A stretch of 64,000 nt of DNA from the human T2T-CHM13v2.0 reference genome, Homo sapiens. Shown here piece by piece: positions 26,101 to 39,540 of this stretch (within the stretch, counting starts at the first letter, position 1; every line of letters starts with the position of its first letter). Below the pieces are notes generated by a model. That model did no database searches. It was not told where the DNA came from and was given only the letters and a program-made list of their open reading frames with translations. Location: the NCBI RefSeq assembly GCF_009914755.1, contig NC_060938.1; one strand, written 5' to 3'. The translations under genes were made by a program, and so were the position numbers.

Positions 26101-29100
26101 CAACGAAATCTTCAAATCTATCCAAATGTCCACTTGCAGATTCAACAAAAAGTGTTTTTCAGAACTGCTCTATCAAAAGAAAGATCCACCTCTGTTAGCT
26201 GAGTTCACACATCACAAACAAGTTTATGAGAATGCTTCTGTCTAGTTTTTATTTGAAGATATTTCCTTTCTCACCATAGAGCTGAAAGCTGTCCTAATGT
26301 TCACTTCCAGATACTACAGAAAGAGTGTTTCAAAACTGCTGTACGAAAGGGAATGTTCAACTCTGTGACTTGAATGCACACATCACAAAGAAGTTTCTGA
26401 GGATGCTGCTGTCTACTTTTTATACGTAATCCCGTTTCCAACAAAATCCTCCAAGCTATCCAAATATCCACTTGCAGATTCCACAGAAAGACTGTTTCAA
26501 AACTGCTCTGTCAATAGAAAGGTTCAACTCTGTTAGCTGCGTGCATATATCCCAAAGAAGATTCTGAGATTGCTTCTGTCTAGTTTTTATGGGAAGATAT
26601 TTCCCTTTTCACCGTAGGTGTCAAGGCGCTCCAAATGTCCACTTCCAGATACTACAAAAAGAGTGTTTCAAACCTACTCTGTGAAAGGGAATATTCAACT
26701 CTGTGACTCGAATGCACATATCACAAAGAAGTTTCTGAGAATGCTTCTGTCGAGATTTTATATGAAGATATTCCCGTTTCCAACGAAATGCTGAAATCTA
26801 TCCAAATATCCCCTCGCAGATTCTACAAAAAGAGTGTTTCAAAACTGCTCTGTGAAAAGAAAGGTTCAACTCTGTTAGTTGAGTACACACATCACAAACA
26901 AGTTTCACAGAATGCTTCTTTCTAGCTTGTAGGGGAAGATATTCCCTTTATCACCATGGGCCTCAAACCGTCCGATAAGTCCACTTCCATATACTACAAA
27001 AAGAGCGTTTCAAACCTGCTCTATGAAAGGCAATGTTCAACTCTGTGACTTGAATGCAGACATCACAGAGCAGTTTCTGAGAATGCTTCTGTCTAGATTT
27101 TATAGGAAGATATTCCCGTTTCCAACGAAATCTTCACAGCTATCCAAATATCCACTTGCAGATTCTACAAAAAGAGTGTATCAAAACTGCTCTGTCAAAA
27201 GGAAGGTTCTTTTCTGTTAGGTGAGTGCATACGTCATAAAGGAGTTTCTGAGAATGTTTCTGTCTAGTGGTTATGGGAAGATATTTGCTTTTTCACCGTA
27301 GGCCTCAGAGCGCTCCAAATATCCACTTGCACATACTACAAAAAGAGTGCCTCAAAGCTGCTCTCTGAAACGGAATGTTCAACTCTATGAGTTGAATGCA
27401 AACATCGCAAAGACGTTTCTGAGAATGCTTCTGTCTAGATTTGATATGAAGATATTCCCGTTTCCAACGAAATCTTCAAATCTATCCAAATGTCCACTTG
27501 CAGATTCAACAAAAAGTGTTTTTCAGAACTGCTCTATCAAAAGAAAGATCCACCTCTGTTAGCTGAGTTCAGACATCACAAACAAGTTTATGAGAATGCT
27601 TCTGTCTAGTTTTTATTTGAAGATATTTCCTTTCTCACCATAGACCTGAAAGCTGTCCTAATGTTCACTTCCAGTTACTACAGAAAGAGTGTTTCAAAAC
27701 TGCTGTACGAAAGGGAATGTTCAACTCTGTGACTTGAATGCACACATCACAAAGAAGTTTCTGAGGATGCTGCTGTCTACTTTTTATACTTAATCCCGTT
27801 TCCAACGAAATCCTCCAAGCTATCCAAATATCCACTTGCAGATTCCACAGAAAGACTGTTTCAAAACTGCTCTGTCAATAGAAAGGTTCAACTCTGTTAG
27901 CTGTGTGCATATATCCCAAAGAAGATTCTGAGATTGCTTCTGTCTAGTTTTTATGGGAAGATATTTCCCTTTTCACCATAGGCGTCAAGGCGCTCCAAAT
28001 GTCCACTTCCAGATACTACAAAAAGAGTGTTTCAAACCTACTCTGTGAAAGGGAATATTCAACTCTGTGACTTGAATGCACATATCACAAGGAAGTTTCT
28101 GAGAATGCTTCTGTCGAGATTTTATATGAAGATATTCCCGTTTCCAACGAAATCCTGAAATCTATCCAAATATCCCCTCGCAGATTCTACAAAAAGAGTG
28201 TTTCAAAACTGCTCTGTAAAAAGAAAGGTTCAACTCTGTTAGTTGAGTACACACATCACAAACAAGTTTCACAGAATGCTTCTTTCTAGCTTGTAGGGGA
28301 AGATATTCCCTTTATCACCATGGGCCTCAAACCGTCCGATAAGTCCACTTCCATATACTACAAAAAGAGCGTTTCAAACCTGCTCTATGAAAGGCAATGT
28401 TCAACTCTGTGACTTGAATGCAGACATCACAGAGCAGTTTCTGAGAATGCTTCTGTCTAGATTTTATAGGAAGATATTCCCGTTTCCAACGAAATCTTCA
28501 CAGCTATCCAAATATCCACTTGCAGATTCTACAAAAAGAGTGTATCAAAACTGCTCTGTCAAAAGGAAGGTTCTTTTCTGTTAGGTGAGTGCATACGTCA
28601 TAAAGGAGTTTCTGAGAATGTTTCTGTCTAGTGGTTATGGGAAGATATTTGCTTTTTCACCGTAGGCCTCAGAGCGCTCCAAATATCCACTTGCACATAC
28701 TACAAAAAGAGTGCCTCAAAGCTGCTCTCTGAAACGGAATGTGCAACTCTATGAGTTGAATGCAAACATCGCAAAGACGTTTCTGAGAATGCTTCTGTCT
28801 AGATTTGATATGAAGATATTCCCGTTTCCAACGAAATCTTCAAATCTATCCAAATGTCCACTTGCAGATTCAACAAAAAGTGTTTTTCACAACTGCTCTA
28901 TCAAAAGAAAGATCCACCTCTGTTAGCTGAGTTCACACATCACAAACAAGTTTATGAGAATGCTTCTGTCTAGTTTTTATTTGAAGATATTTCCTTTCTC
29001 ACCATAGAGCTGAAAGCTGTCCTAATGTTCACTTCCAGATACTACAGAAAGAGTGTTTCAAAACTGCTGTACGAAAGGGAATGTTCAACTCTGTGACTTG

Positions 29101-31362
29101 AATGCACACATCACAAAGAAGTTTCTGAGGATGCTGCTGTCTACTTTTTATACTTAATCCCGTTTCCAACGAAATCCTCCAAGCTATCCAAATATCCACT
29201 TGCAGATTCCACAGAAAGACTGTTTCAAAACTGCTCTGTCAATAGAAAGGTTCAACTCTGTTAGCTGCGTGCATATATCCCAAAGAAGATTCTGAGATTG
29301 CTTCTGTCTAGTTTTTATGGGAAGATATTTCCCTTTTCACCGTAGGTGTCAAGGCGCTCCAAATGTCCACTTCCAGATACTACAAAAAGAGTGTTTCAAA
29401 CCTACTCTGTGAAAGGGAATATTCAACTCTGTGACTCGAATGCACATATCACAAAGAAGTTTCTGAGAATGCTTCTGTCGAGATTTTATATGAAGATATT
29501 CCCGTTTCCAACGAAATGCTGAAATCTATCCAAATATCCCCTCGCAGATTCTACAAAAAGAGTGTTTCAAAACTGCTCTGTGAAAAGAAAGGTTCAACTC
29601 TGTTAGTTGAGTACACACATCACAAACAAGTTTCACAGAATGCTTCTTTCTAGCTTGTAGGGGAAGATATTCCCTTTATCACCATGGGCCTCAAACCGTC
29701 CGATAAGTCCACTTCCATATACTACAAAAAGAGCGTTTCAAACCTGCTCTATGAAAGGCAATGTTCAACTCTGTGACTTGAATGCAGACATCACAGAGCA
29801 GTTTCTGAGAATGCTTCTGTCTAGATTTTATAGGAAGATATTCCCGTTTCCAACGAAATCTTCACAGCTATCCAAATATCCACTTGCAGATTCTACAAAA
29901 AGAGTGTATCAAAACTGCTCTGTCAAAAGGAAGGTTCTTTTCTGTTAGGTGAGTGCATACGTCATAAAGGAGTTTCTGAGAATGTTTCTGTCTAGTGGTT
30001 ATGGGAAGATATTTGCTTTTTCACCGTAGGCCTCAGAGCGCTCCAAATATCCACTTGCACATACTACAAAAAGAGTGCCTCAAAGCTGCTCTCTGAAACG
30101 GAATGTTCAACTCTATGAGTTGAATGCAAACATCGCAAAGACGTTTCTGAGAATGCTTCTGTCTAGATTTGATATGAAGATATTCCCGTTTCCAACGAAA
30201 TCTTCAAATCTATCCAAATGTCCACTTGCAGATTCAACAAAAAGTGTTTTTCAGAACTGCTCTATCAAAAGAAAGATCCACCTCTGTTAGCTGAGTTCAC
30301 ACATCACAAACAAGTTTATGAGAATGCTTCTGTCTAGTTTTTATTTGAAGATATTTCCTTTCTCACCATAGAGCTGAAAGCTGTCCTAATGTTCACTTCC
30401 AGATACTACAGAAAGAGTGTTTCAAAACTGCTGTACGAAAGGGAATGTTCAACTCTGTGACTTGAATGCACACATCACAAAGAAGTTTCTGAGGATGCTG
30501 CTGTCTACTTTTTATACGTAATCCCGTTTCCAACGAAATCCTCCAAGCTATCCAAATATCCACTTGCAGATTCCACAGAAAGACTGTTTCAAAACTGCTC
30601 TGTCAATAGAAAGGTTCAACTCTGTTAGCTGCGTGCATATATCCCAAAGAAGATTCTGAGATTGCTTCTGTCTAGTTTTTATGGGAAGATATTTCCCTTT
30701 TCACCGTAGGCGTCAAGGCGCTCCAAATGTCCACTTCCAGATACTACAAAAAGAGTGTTTCAAACCTACTCTGTGAAAGGGAATATTCAACTCTGTGACT
30801 TGAATGCACATATCACAAAGAAGTTTCTGAGAATGCTTCTGTCGAGATTTTATATGAAGATATTCCCGTTTCCAACGAAATGCTGAAATCTATCCAAATA
30901 TCCCCTCGCAGATTCTACAAAAAGAGTGTTTCAAAACTGCTCTGTGAAAAGAAAGGTTCAACTCTGTTAGTTGAGTACACACATCACAAACAAGTTTCAC
31001 AGAATGCTTCTTTCTAGCTTGTAGGGGAAGATATTCCCTTTATCACCATGGGCCTCAAACCGTCCGAAAAGTCCACTTCCATATACTACAAAAAGAGCGT
31101 TTCAAACCTGCTCTATGAAAGGCAATGTTCAACTCTGTGACTTGAATGCAGACATCACAGAGCAGTTTCTGAGAATGCTTCTGTCTAGATTTTATAGGAA
31201 GATATTCCCGTTTCCAACGAAATCTTCACAGCTATCCAAATATCCACTTGCAGATTCTACAAAAAGAGTGTATCAAAACTGCTCTGTCAAAAGGAAGGTT
31301 CTTTTCTGTTAGGTGAGTGCATACGTCATAAAGGAGTTTCTGAGAATGTTTCTGTCTAGTGG

Positions 31363-32724
31363 TTATGGGAAGATATTTGCTTTTTCACCGTAGGCCTCAG
31401 AGCGCTCCAAATATCCACTTGCACATACTACAAAAAGAGTGCCTCAAAGCTGCTCTCTGAAACGGAATGTTCAACTCTATGAGTTGAATGCAAACATCGC
31501 AAAGACGTTTCTGAGAATGCTTCTGTCTAGATTTGATATGAAGATATTCCCGTTTCCAACGAAATCTTCAAATCTATCCAAATGTCCACTTGCAGATTCA
31601 ACAAAAAGTGTTTTTCAGAACTGCTCTATCAAAAGAAAGATCCACCTGTTAGCTGAGTTCAGACATCACAAACAAGTTTATGAGAATGCTTCTGTCTAGT
31701 TTTTATTTGAAGATATTTCCTTTCTCACCATAGACCTGAAAGCTGTCCTAATGTTCACTTCCAGTTACTACAGAAAGAGTGTTTCAAAACTGCTGTACGA
31801 AAGGGAATGTTCAACTCTGTGACTTGAATGCACACATCACAAAGAAGTTTCTGAGGATGCTGCTGTCTACTTTTTATACTTAATCCCGTTTCCAACGAAA
31901 TCCTCCAAGCTATCCAAATATCCACTTGCAGATTCCACAGAAAGACTGTTTCAAAACTGCTCTGTCAATAGAAAGGTTCAACTCTGTTAGCTGCGTGCAT
32001 ATATCCCAAAGAAGATTCTGAGATTGCTTCTGTCTAGTTTTTATGGGAAGATATTTCCCTTTTCACCGTAGGTGTCAAGGCGCTCCAAATGTCCACTTCC
32101 AGATACTACAAAAAGAGTGTTTCAAACCTACTCTGTGAAAGGGAATATTCAACTCTGTGACTCGAATGCACATATCACAAAGAAGTTTCTGAGAATGCTT
32201 CTGTCGAGATTTTATATGAAGATATTCCCGTTTCCAACGAAATGCTGAAATCTATCCAAATATCCCCTCGCAGATTCTACAAAAAGAGTGTTTCAAAACT
32301 GCTCTGTGAAAAGAAAGGTTCAACTCTGTTAGTTGAGTACACACATCACAAACAAGTTTCACAGAATGCTTCTTTCTAGCTTGTAGGGGAAGATATTCCC
32401 TTTATCACCATGGGCCTCAAACCGTCCGATAAGTCCACTTCCATATACTACAAAAAGAGCGTTTCAAACCTGCTCTATGAAAGGCAATGTTCAACTCTGT
32501 GACTTGAATGCAGACATCACAGAGCAGTTTCTGAGAATGCTTCTGTCTAGATTTTATAGGAAGATATTCCCGTTTCCAACGAAATCTTCACAGCTATCCA
32601 AATATCCACTTGCAGATTCTACAAAAAGAGTGTATCAAAACTGCTCTGTCAAAAGGAAGGTTCTTTTCTGTTAGGTGAGTGCATACGTCATAAAGGAGTT
32701 TCTGAGAATGTTTCTGTCTAGTGG
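31363..32724 (-). repeat. Length-variant HOR copy 24 (1362 bp)
   Basis: TCCACCTGTT at 31641-31650 vs the usual TCCACCTCTGTT (CT deletion). Confidence 0.93.
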
Positions 32725-35452
32725 TTATGGGAAGATATTTGCTTTTTCACCGTAGGCCTCAGAGCGCTCCAAATATCCACTTGCACATACTACAAAAAGA
32801 GTGCCTCAAAGCTGCTCTCTGAAACGGAATGTGCAACTCTATGAGTTGAATGCAAACATCGCAAAGACGTTTCTGAGAATGCTTCTGTCTAGATTTGATA
32901 TGAAGATATTCCCGTTTCCAACGAAATCTTCAAATCTATCCAAATGTCCACTTGCAGATTCAACAAAAAGTGTTTTTCACAACTGCTCTATCAAAAGAAA
33001 GATCCACCTCTGTTAGCTGAGTTCACACATCACAAACAAGTTTATGAGAATGCTTCTGTCTAGTTTTTATTTGAAGATATTTCCTTTCTCACCATAGAGC
33101 TGAAAGCTGTCCTAATGTTCACTTCCAGATACTACAGAAAGAGTGTTTCAAAACTGCTGTACGAAAGGGAATGTTCAACTCTGTGACTTGAATGCACACA
33201 TCACAAAGAAGTTTCTGAGGATGCTGCTGTCTACTTTTTATACTTAATCCCGTTTCCAACGAAATCCTCCAAGCTATCCAAATATCCACTTGCAGATTCC
33301 ACAGAAAGACTGTTTCAAAACTGCTCTGTCAATAGAAAGGTTCAACTCTGTTAGCTGCGTGCATATATCCCAAAGAAGATTCTGAGATTGCTTCTGTCTA
33401 GTTTTTATGGGAAGATATTTCCCTTTTCACCGTAGGTGTCAAGGCGCTCCAAATGTCCACTTCCAGATACTACAAAAAGAGTGTTTCAAACCTACTCTGT
33501 GAAAGGGAATATTCAACTCTGTGACTCGAATGCACATATCACAAAGAAGTTTCTGAGAATGCTTCTGTCGAGATTTTATATGAAGATATTCCCGTTTCCA
33601 ACGAAATGCTGAAATCTATCCAAATATCCCCTCGCAGATTCTACAAAAAGAGTGTTTCAAAACTGCTCTGTGAAAAGAAAGGTTCAACTCTGTTAGTTGA
33701 GTACACACATCACAAACAAGTTTCACAGAATGCTTCTTTCTAGCTTGTAGGGGAAGATATTCCCTTTATCACCATGGGCCTCAAACCGTCCGATAAGTCC
33801 ACTTCCATATACTACAAAAAGAGCGTTTCAAACCTGCTCTATGAAAGGCAATGTTCAACTCTGTGACTTGAATGCAGACATCACAGAGCAGTTTCTGAGA
33901 ATGCTTCTGTCTAGATTTTATAGGAAGATATTCCCGTTTCCAACGAAATCTTCACAGCTATCCAAATATCCACTTGCAGATTCTACAAAAAGAGTGTATC
34001 AAAACTGCTCTGTCAAAAGGAAGGTTCTTTTCTGTTAGGTGAGTGCATACGTCATAAAGGAGTTTCTGAGAATGTTTCTGTCTAGTGGTTATGGGAAGAT
34101 ATTTGCTTTTTCACCGTAGGCCTCAGAGCGCTCCAAATATCCACTTGCACATACTACAAAAAGAGTGCCTCAAAGCTGCTCTCTGAAACGGAATGTGCAA
34201 CTCTATGAGTTGAATGCAAACATCGCAAAGACGTTTCTGAGAATGCTTCTGTCTAGATTTGATATGAAGATATTCCCGTTTCCAACGAAATCTTCAAATC
34301 TATCCAAATGTCCACTTGCAGATTCAACAAAAAGTGTTTTTCAGAACTGCTCTATCAAAAGAAAGATCCACCTCTGTTAGCTGAGTTCACACATCACAAA
34401 CAAGTTTATGAGAATGCTTCTGTCTAGTTTTTATTTGAAGATATTTCCTTTCTCACCATAGAGCTGAAAGCTGTCCTAATGTTCACTTCCAGATACTACA
34501 GAAAGAGTGTTTCAAAACTGCTGTACGAAAGGGAATGTTCAACTCTGTGACTTGAATGCACACATCACAAAGAAGTTTCTGAGGATGCTGCTGTCTACTT
34601 TTTATACGTAATCCCGTTTCCAACGAAATCCTCCAAGCTATCCAAATATCCACTTGCAGATTCCACAGAAAGACTGTTTCAAAACTGCTCTGTCAATAGA
34701 AAGGTTCAACTCTGTTAGCTGCGTGCATATATCCCAAAGAAGATTCTGAGATTGCTTCTGTCTAGTTTTTATGGGAAGATATTTCCCTTTTCACCGTAGG
34801 CGTCAAGGCGCTCCAAATGTCCACTTCCAGATACTACAAAAAGAGTGTTTCAAACCTACTCTGTGAAAGGGAATATTCAACTCTGTGACTTGAATGCACA
34901 TATCACAAAGAAGTTTCTGAGAATGCTTCTGTCGAGATTTTATATGAAGATATTCCCGTTTCCAACGAAATGCTGAAATCTATCCAAATATCCCCTCGCA
35001 GATTCTACAAAAAGAGTGTTTCAAAACTGCTCTGTGAAAAGAAAGGTTCAACTCTGTTAGTTGAGTACACACATCACAAACAAGTTTCACAGAATGCTTC
35101 TTTCTAGCTTGTAGGGGAAGATATTCCCTTTATCACCATGGGCCTCAAACCGTCCGAAAAGTCCACTTCCATATACTACAAAAAGAGCGTTTCAAACCTG
35201 CTCTATGAAAGGCAATGTTCAACTCTGTGACTTGAATGCAGACATCACAGAGCAGTTTCTGAGAATGCTTCTGTCTAGATTTTATAGGAAGATATTCCCG
35301 TTTCCAACGAAATCTTCACAGCTATCCAAATATCCCCTTGCAGATTCTACAAAAAGAGTGTATCAAAACTGCTCTGTCAAAAGGAAGGTTCTTTTCTGTT
35401 AGGTGAGTGCATACGTCATAAAGGAGTTTCTGAGAATGTTTCTGTCTAGTGG

Positions 35453-36814
35453 TTATGGGAAGATATTTGCTTTTTCACCGTAGGCCTCAGAGCGCTCCAA
35501 ATATCCACTTGCACATACTACAAAAAGAGTGCCTCAAAGCTGCTCTCTGAAACGGAATGTTCAACTCTATGAGTTGAATGCAAACATCGCAAAGACGTTT
35601 CTGAGAATGCTTCTGTCTAGATTTGATATGAAGATATTCCCGTTTCCAACGAAATCTTCAAATCTATCCAAATGTCCACTTGCAGATTCAACAAAAAGTG
35701 TTTTTCAGAACTGCTCTATCAAAAGAAAGATCCACCTGTTAGCTGAGTTCAGACATCACAAACAAGTTTATGAGAATGCTTCTGTCTAGTTTTTATTTGA
35801 AGATATTTCCTTTCTCACCATAGACCTGAAAGCTGTCCTAATGTTCACTTCCAGTTACTACAGAAAGAGTGTTTCAAAACTGCTGTACGAAAGGGAATGT
35901 TCAACTCTGTGACTTGAATGCACACATCACAAAGAAGTTTCTGAGGATGCTGCTGTCTACTTTTTATACTTAATCCCGTTTCCAACGAAATCCTCCAAGC
36001 TATCCAAATATCCACTTGCAGATTCCACAGAAAGACTGTTTCAAAACTGCTCTGTCAATAGAAAGGTTCAACTCTGTTAGCTGTGTGCATATATCCCAAA
36101 GAAGATTCTGAGATTGCTTCTGTCTAGTTTTTATGGGAAGATATTTCCCTTTTCACCGTAGGCGTCAAGGCGCTCCAAATGTCCACTTCCAGATACTACA
36201 AAAAGAGTGTTTCAAACCTACTCTGTGAAAGGGAATATTCAACTCTGTGACTTGAATGCACATATCACAAGGAAGTTTCTGAGAATGCTTCTGTCGAGAT
36301 TTTATATGAAGATATTCCCGTTTCCAACGAAATCCTGAAATCTATCCAAATATCCCCTCGCAGATTCTACAAAAAGAGTGTTTCAAAACTGCTCTGTAAA
36401 AAGAAAGGTTCAACTCTGTTAGTTGAGTACACACATCACAAACAAGTTTCACAGAATGCTTCTTTCTAGCTTGTAGGGGAAGATATTCCCTTTATCACCA
36501 TGGGCCTCAAACCGTCCGATAAGTCCACTTCCATATACTACAAAAAGAGCGTTTCAAACCTGCTCTATGAAAGGCAATGTTCAACTCTGTGACTTGAATG
36601 CAGACATCACAGAGCAGTTTCTGAGAATGCTTCTGTCTAGATTTTATAGGAAGATATTCCCGTTTCCAACGAAATCTTCACAGCTATCCAAATATCCACT
36701 TGCAGATTCTACAAAAAGAGTGTATCAAAACTGCTCTGTCAAAAGGAAGGTTCTTTTCTGTTAGGTGAGTGCATACGTCATAAAGGAGTTTCTGAGAATG
36801 TTTCTGTCTAGTGG
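35453..36814 (-). repeat. Length-variant HOR copy 27 (1362 bp)
   Basis: Same CT deletion at 35731-35740. Confidence 0.93.
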
Positions 36815-38178
36815 TTATGGGAAGATATTTGCTTTTTCACCGTAGGCCTCAGAGCGCTCCAAATATCCACTTGCACATACTACAAAAAGAGTGCCTCAAA
36901 GCTGCTCTCTGAAACGGAATGTGCAACTCTATGAGTTGAATGCAAACATCGCAAAGACGTTTCTGAGAATGCTTCTGTCTAGATTTGATATGAAGATATT
37001 CCCGTTTCCAACGAAATCTTCAAATCTATCCAAATGTCCACTTGCAGATTCAACAAAAAGTGTTTTTCAGAACTGCTCTATCAAAAGAAAGATCCACCTC
37101 TGTTAGCTGAGTTCACACATCACAAACAAGTTTATGAGAATGCTTCTGTCTAGTTTTTATTTGAAGATATTTCCTTTCTCACCATAGAGCTGAAAGCTGT
37201 CCTAATGTTCACTTCCAGATACTACAGAAAGAGTGTTTCAAAACTGCTGTACGAAAGGGAATGTTCAACTCTGTGACTTGAATGCACACATCACAAAGAA
37301 GTTTCTGAGGATGCTGCTGTCTACTTTTTATACGTAATCCCGTTTCCAACGAAATCCTCCAAGCTATCCAAATATCCACTTGCAGATTCCACAGAAAGAC
37401 TGTTTCAAAACTGCTCTGTCAATAGAAAGGTTCAACTCTGTTAGCTGCGTGCATATATCCCAAAGAAGATTCTGAGATTGCTTCTGTCTAGTTTTTATGG
37501 GAAGATATTTCCCTTTTCACCGTAGGTGTCAAGGCGCTCCAAATGTCCACTTCCAGATACTACAAAAAGAGTGTTTCAAACCTACTCTGTGAAAGGGAAT
37601 ATTCAACTCTGTGACTCGAATGCACATATCACAAAGAAGTTTCTGAGAATGCTTCTGTCGAGATTTTATATGAAGATATTCCCGTTTCCAACGAAATGCT
37701 GAAATCTATCCAAATATCCCCTCGCAGATTCTACAAAAAGAGTGTTTCAAAACTGCTCTGTGAAAAGAAAGGTTCAACTCTGTTAGTTGAGTACACACAT
37801 CACAAACAAGTTTCACAGAATGCTTCTTTCTAGCTTGTAGGGGAAGATATTCCCTTTATCACCATGGGCCTCAAACCGTCCGATAAGTCCACTTCCATAT
37901 ACTACAAAAAGAGCGTTTCAAACCTGCTCTATGAAAGGCAATGTTCAACTCTGTGACTTGAATGCAGACATCACAGAGCAGTTTCTGAGAATGCTTCTGT
38001 CTAGATTTTATAGGAAGATATTCCCGTTTCCAACGAAATCTTCACAGCTATCCAAATATCCACTTGCAGATTCTACAAAAAGAGTGTATCAAAACTGCTC
38101 TGTCAAAAGGAAGGTTCTTTTCTGTTAGGTGAGTGCATACGTCATAAAGGAGTTTCTGAGAATGTTTCTGTCTAGTGG

Positions 38179-39540
38179 TTATGGGAAGATATTTGCTTTT
38201 TCACCGTAGGCCTCAGAGCGCTCCAAATATCCACTTGCACATACTACAAAAAGAGTGCCTCAAAGCTGCTCTCTGAAACGGAATGTTCAACTCTATGAGT
38301 TGAATGCAAACATCGCAAAGACGTTTCTGAGAATGCTTCTGTCTAGATTTGATATGAAGATATTCCCGTTTCCAACGAAATCTTCAAATCTATCCAAATG
38401 TCCACTTGCAGATTCAACAAAAAGTGTTTTTCAGAACTGCTCTATCAAAAGAAAGATCCACCTGTTAGCTGAGTTCAGACATCACAAACAAGTTTATGAG
38501 AATGCTTCTGTCTAGTTTTTATTTGAAGATATTTCCTTTCTCACCATAGACCTGAAAGCTGTCCTAATGTTCACTTCCAGTTACTACAGAAAGAGTGTTT
38601 CAAAACTGCTGTACGAAAGGGAATGTTCAACTCTGTGACTTGAATGCACACATCACAAAGAAGTTTCTGAGGATGCTGCTGTCTACTTTTTATACTTAAT
38701 CCCGTTTCCAACGAAATCCTCCAAGCTAACCAAATATCCACTTGCAGATTCCACAGAAAGACTGTTTCAAAACTGCTCTGTCAATAGAAAGGTTCAACTC
38801 TGTTAGCTGTGTGCATATATCCCAAAGAAGATTCTGAGATTGCTTCTGTCTAGTTTTTATGGGAAGATATTTCCCTTTTCACCGTAGGCGTCAAGGCGCT
38901 CCAAATGTCCACTTCCAGATACTACAAAAAGAGTGTTTCAAACCTACTCTGTGAAAGGGAATATTCAACTCTGTGACTTGAATGCACATATCACAAGGAA
39001 GTTTCTGAGAATGCTTCTGTCGAGATTTTATATGAAGATATTCCCGTTTCCAACGAAATCCTGAAATCTATCCAAATATCCCCTCGCAGATTCTACAAAA
39101 AGAGTGTTTCAAAACTGCTCTGTAAAAAGAAAGGTTCAACTCTGTTAGTTGAGTACACACATCACAAACAAGTTTCACAGAATGCTTCTTTCTAGCTTGT
39201 AGGGGAAGATATTCCCTTTATCACCATGGGCCTCAAACCGTCCGATAAGTCCACTTCCATATACTACAAAAAGAGCGTTTCAAACCTGCTCTATGAAAGG
39301 CAATGTTCAACTCTGTGACTTGAATGCAGACATCACAGAGCAGTTTCTGAGAATGCTTCTGTCTAGATTTTATAGGAAGATATTCCCGTTTCCAACGAAA
39401 TCTTCACAGCTATCCAAATATCCACTTGCAGATTCTACAAAAAGAGTGTATCAAAACTGCTCTGTCAAAAGGAAGGTTCTTTTCTGTTAGGTGAGTGCAT
39501 ACGTCATAAAGGAGTTTCTGAGAATGTTTCTGTCTAGTGG
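38179..39540 (-). repeat. Length-variant HOR copy 29 (1362 bp)
   Basis: Same CT deletion at 38457-38466. Confidence 0.93.

Noticed and set aside
16365-38515. Longer ORF variants (97, 99 and 86 aa)
   Set aside because: They arise from the 2-bp and 4-bp deletions and a stop-loss SNV joining frames; they mark indels, not genes.
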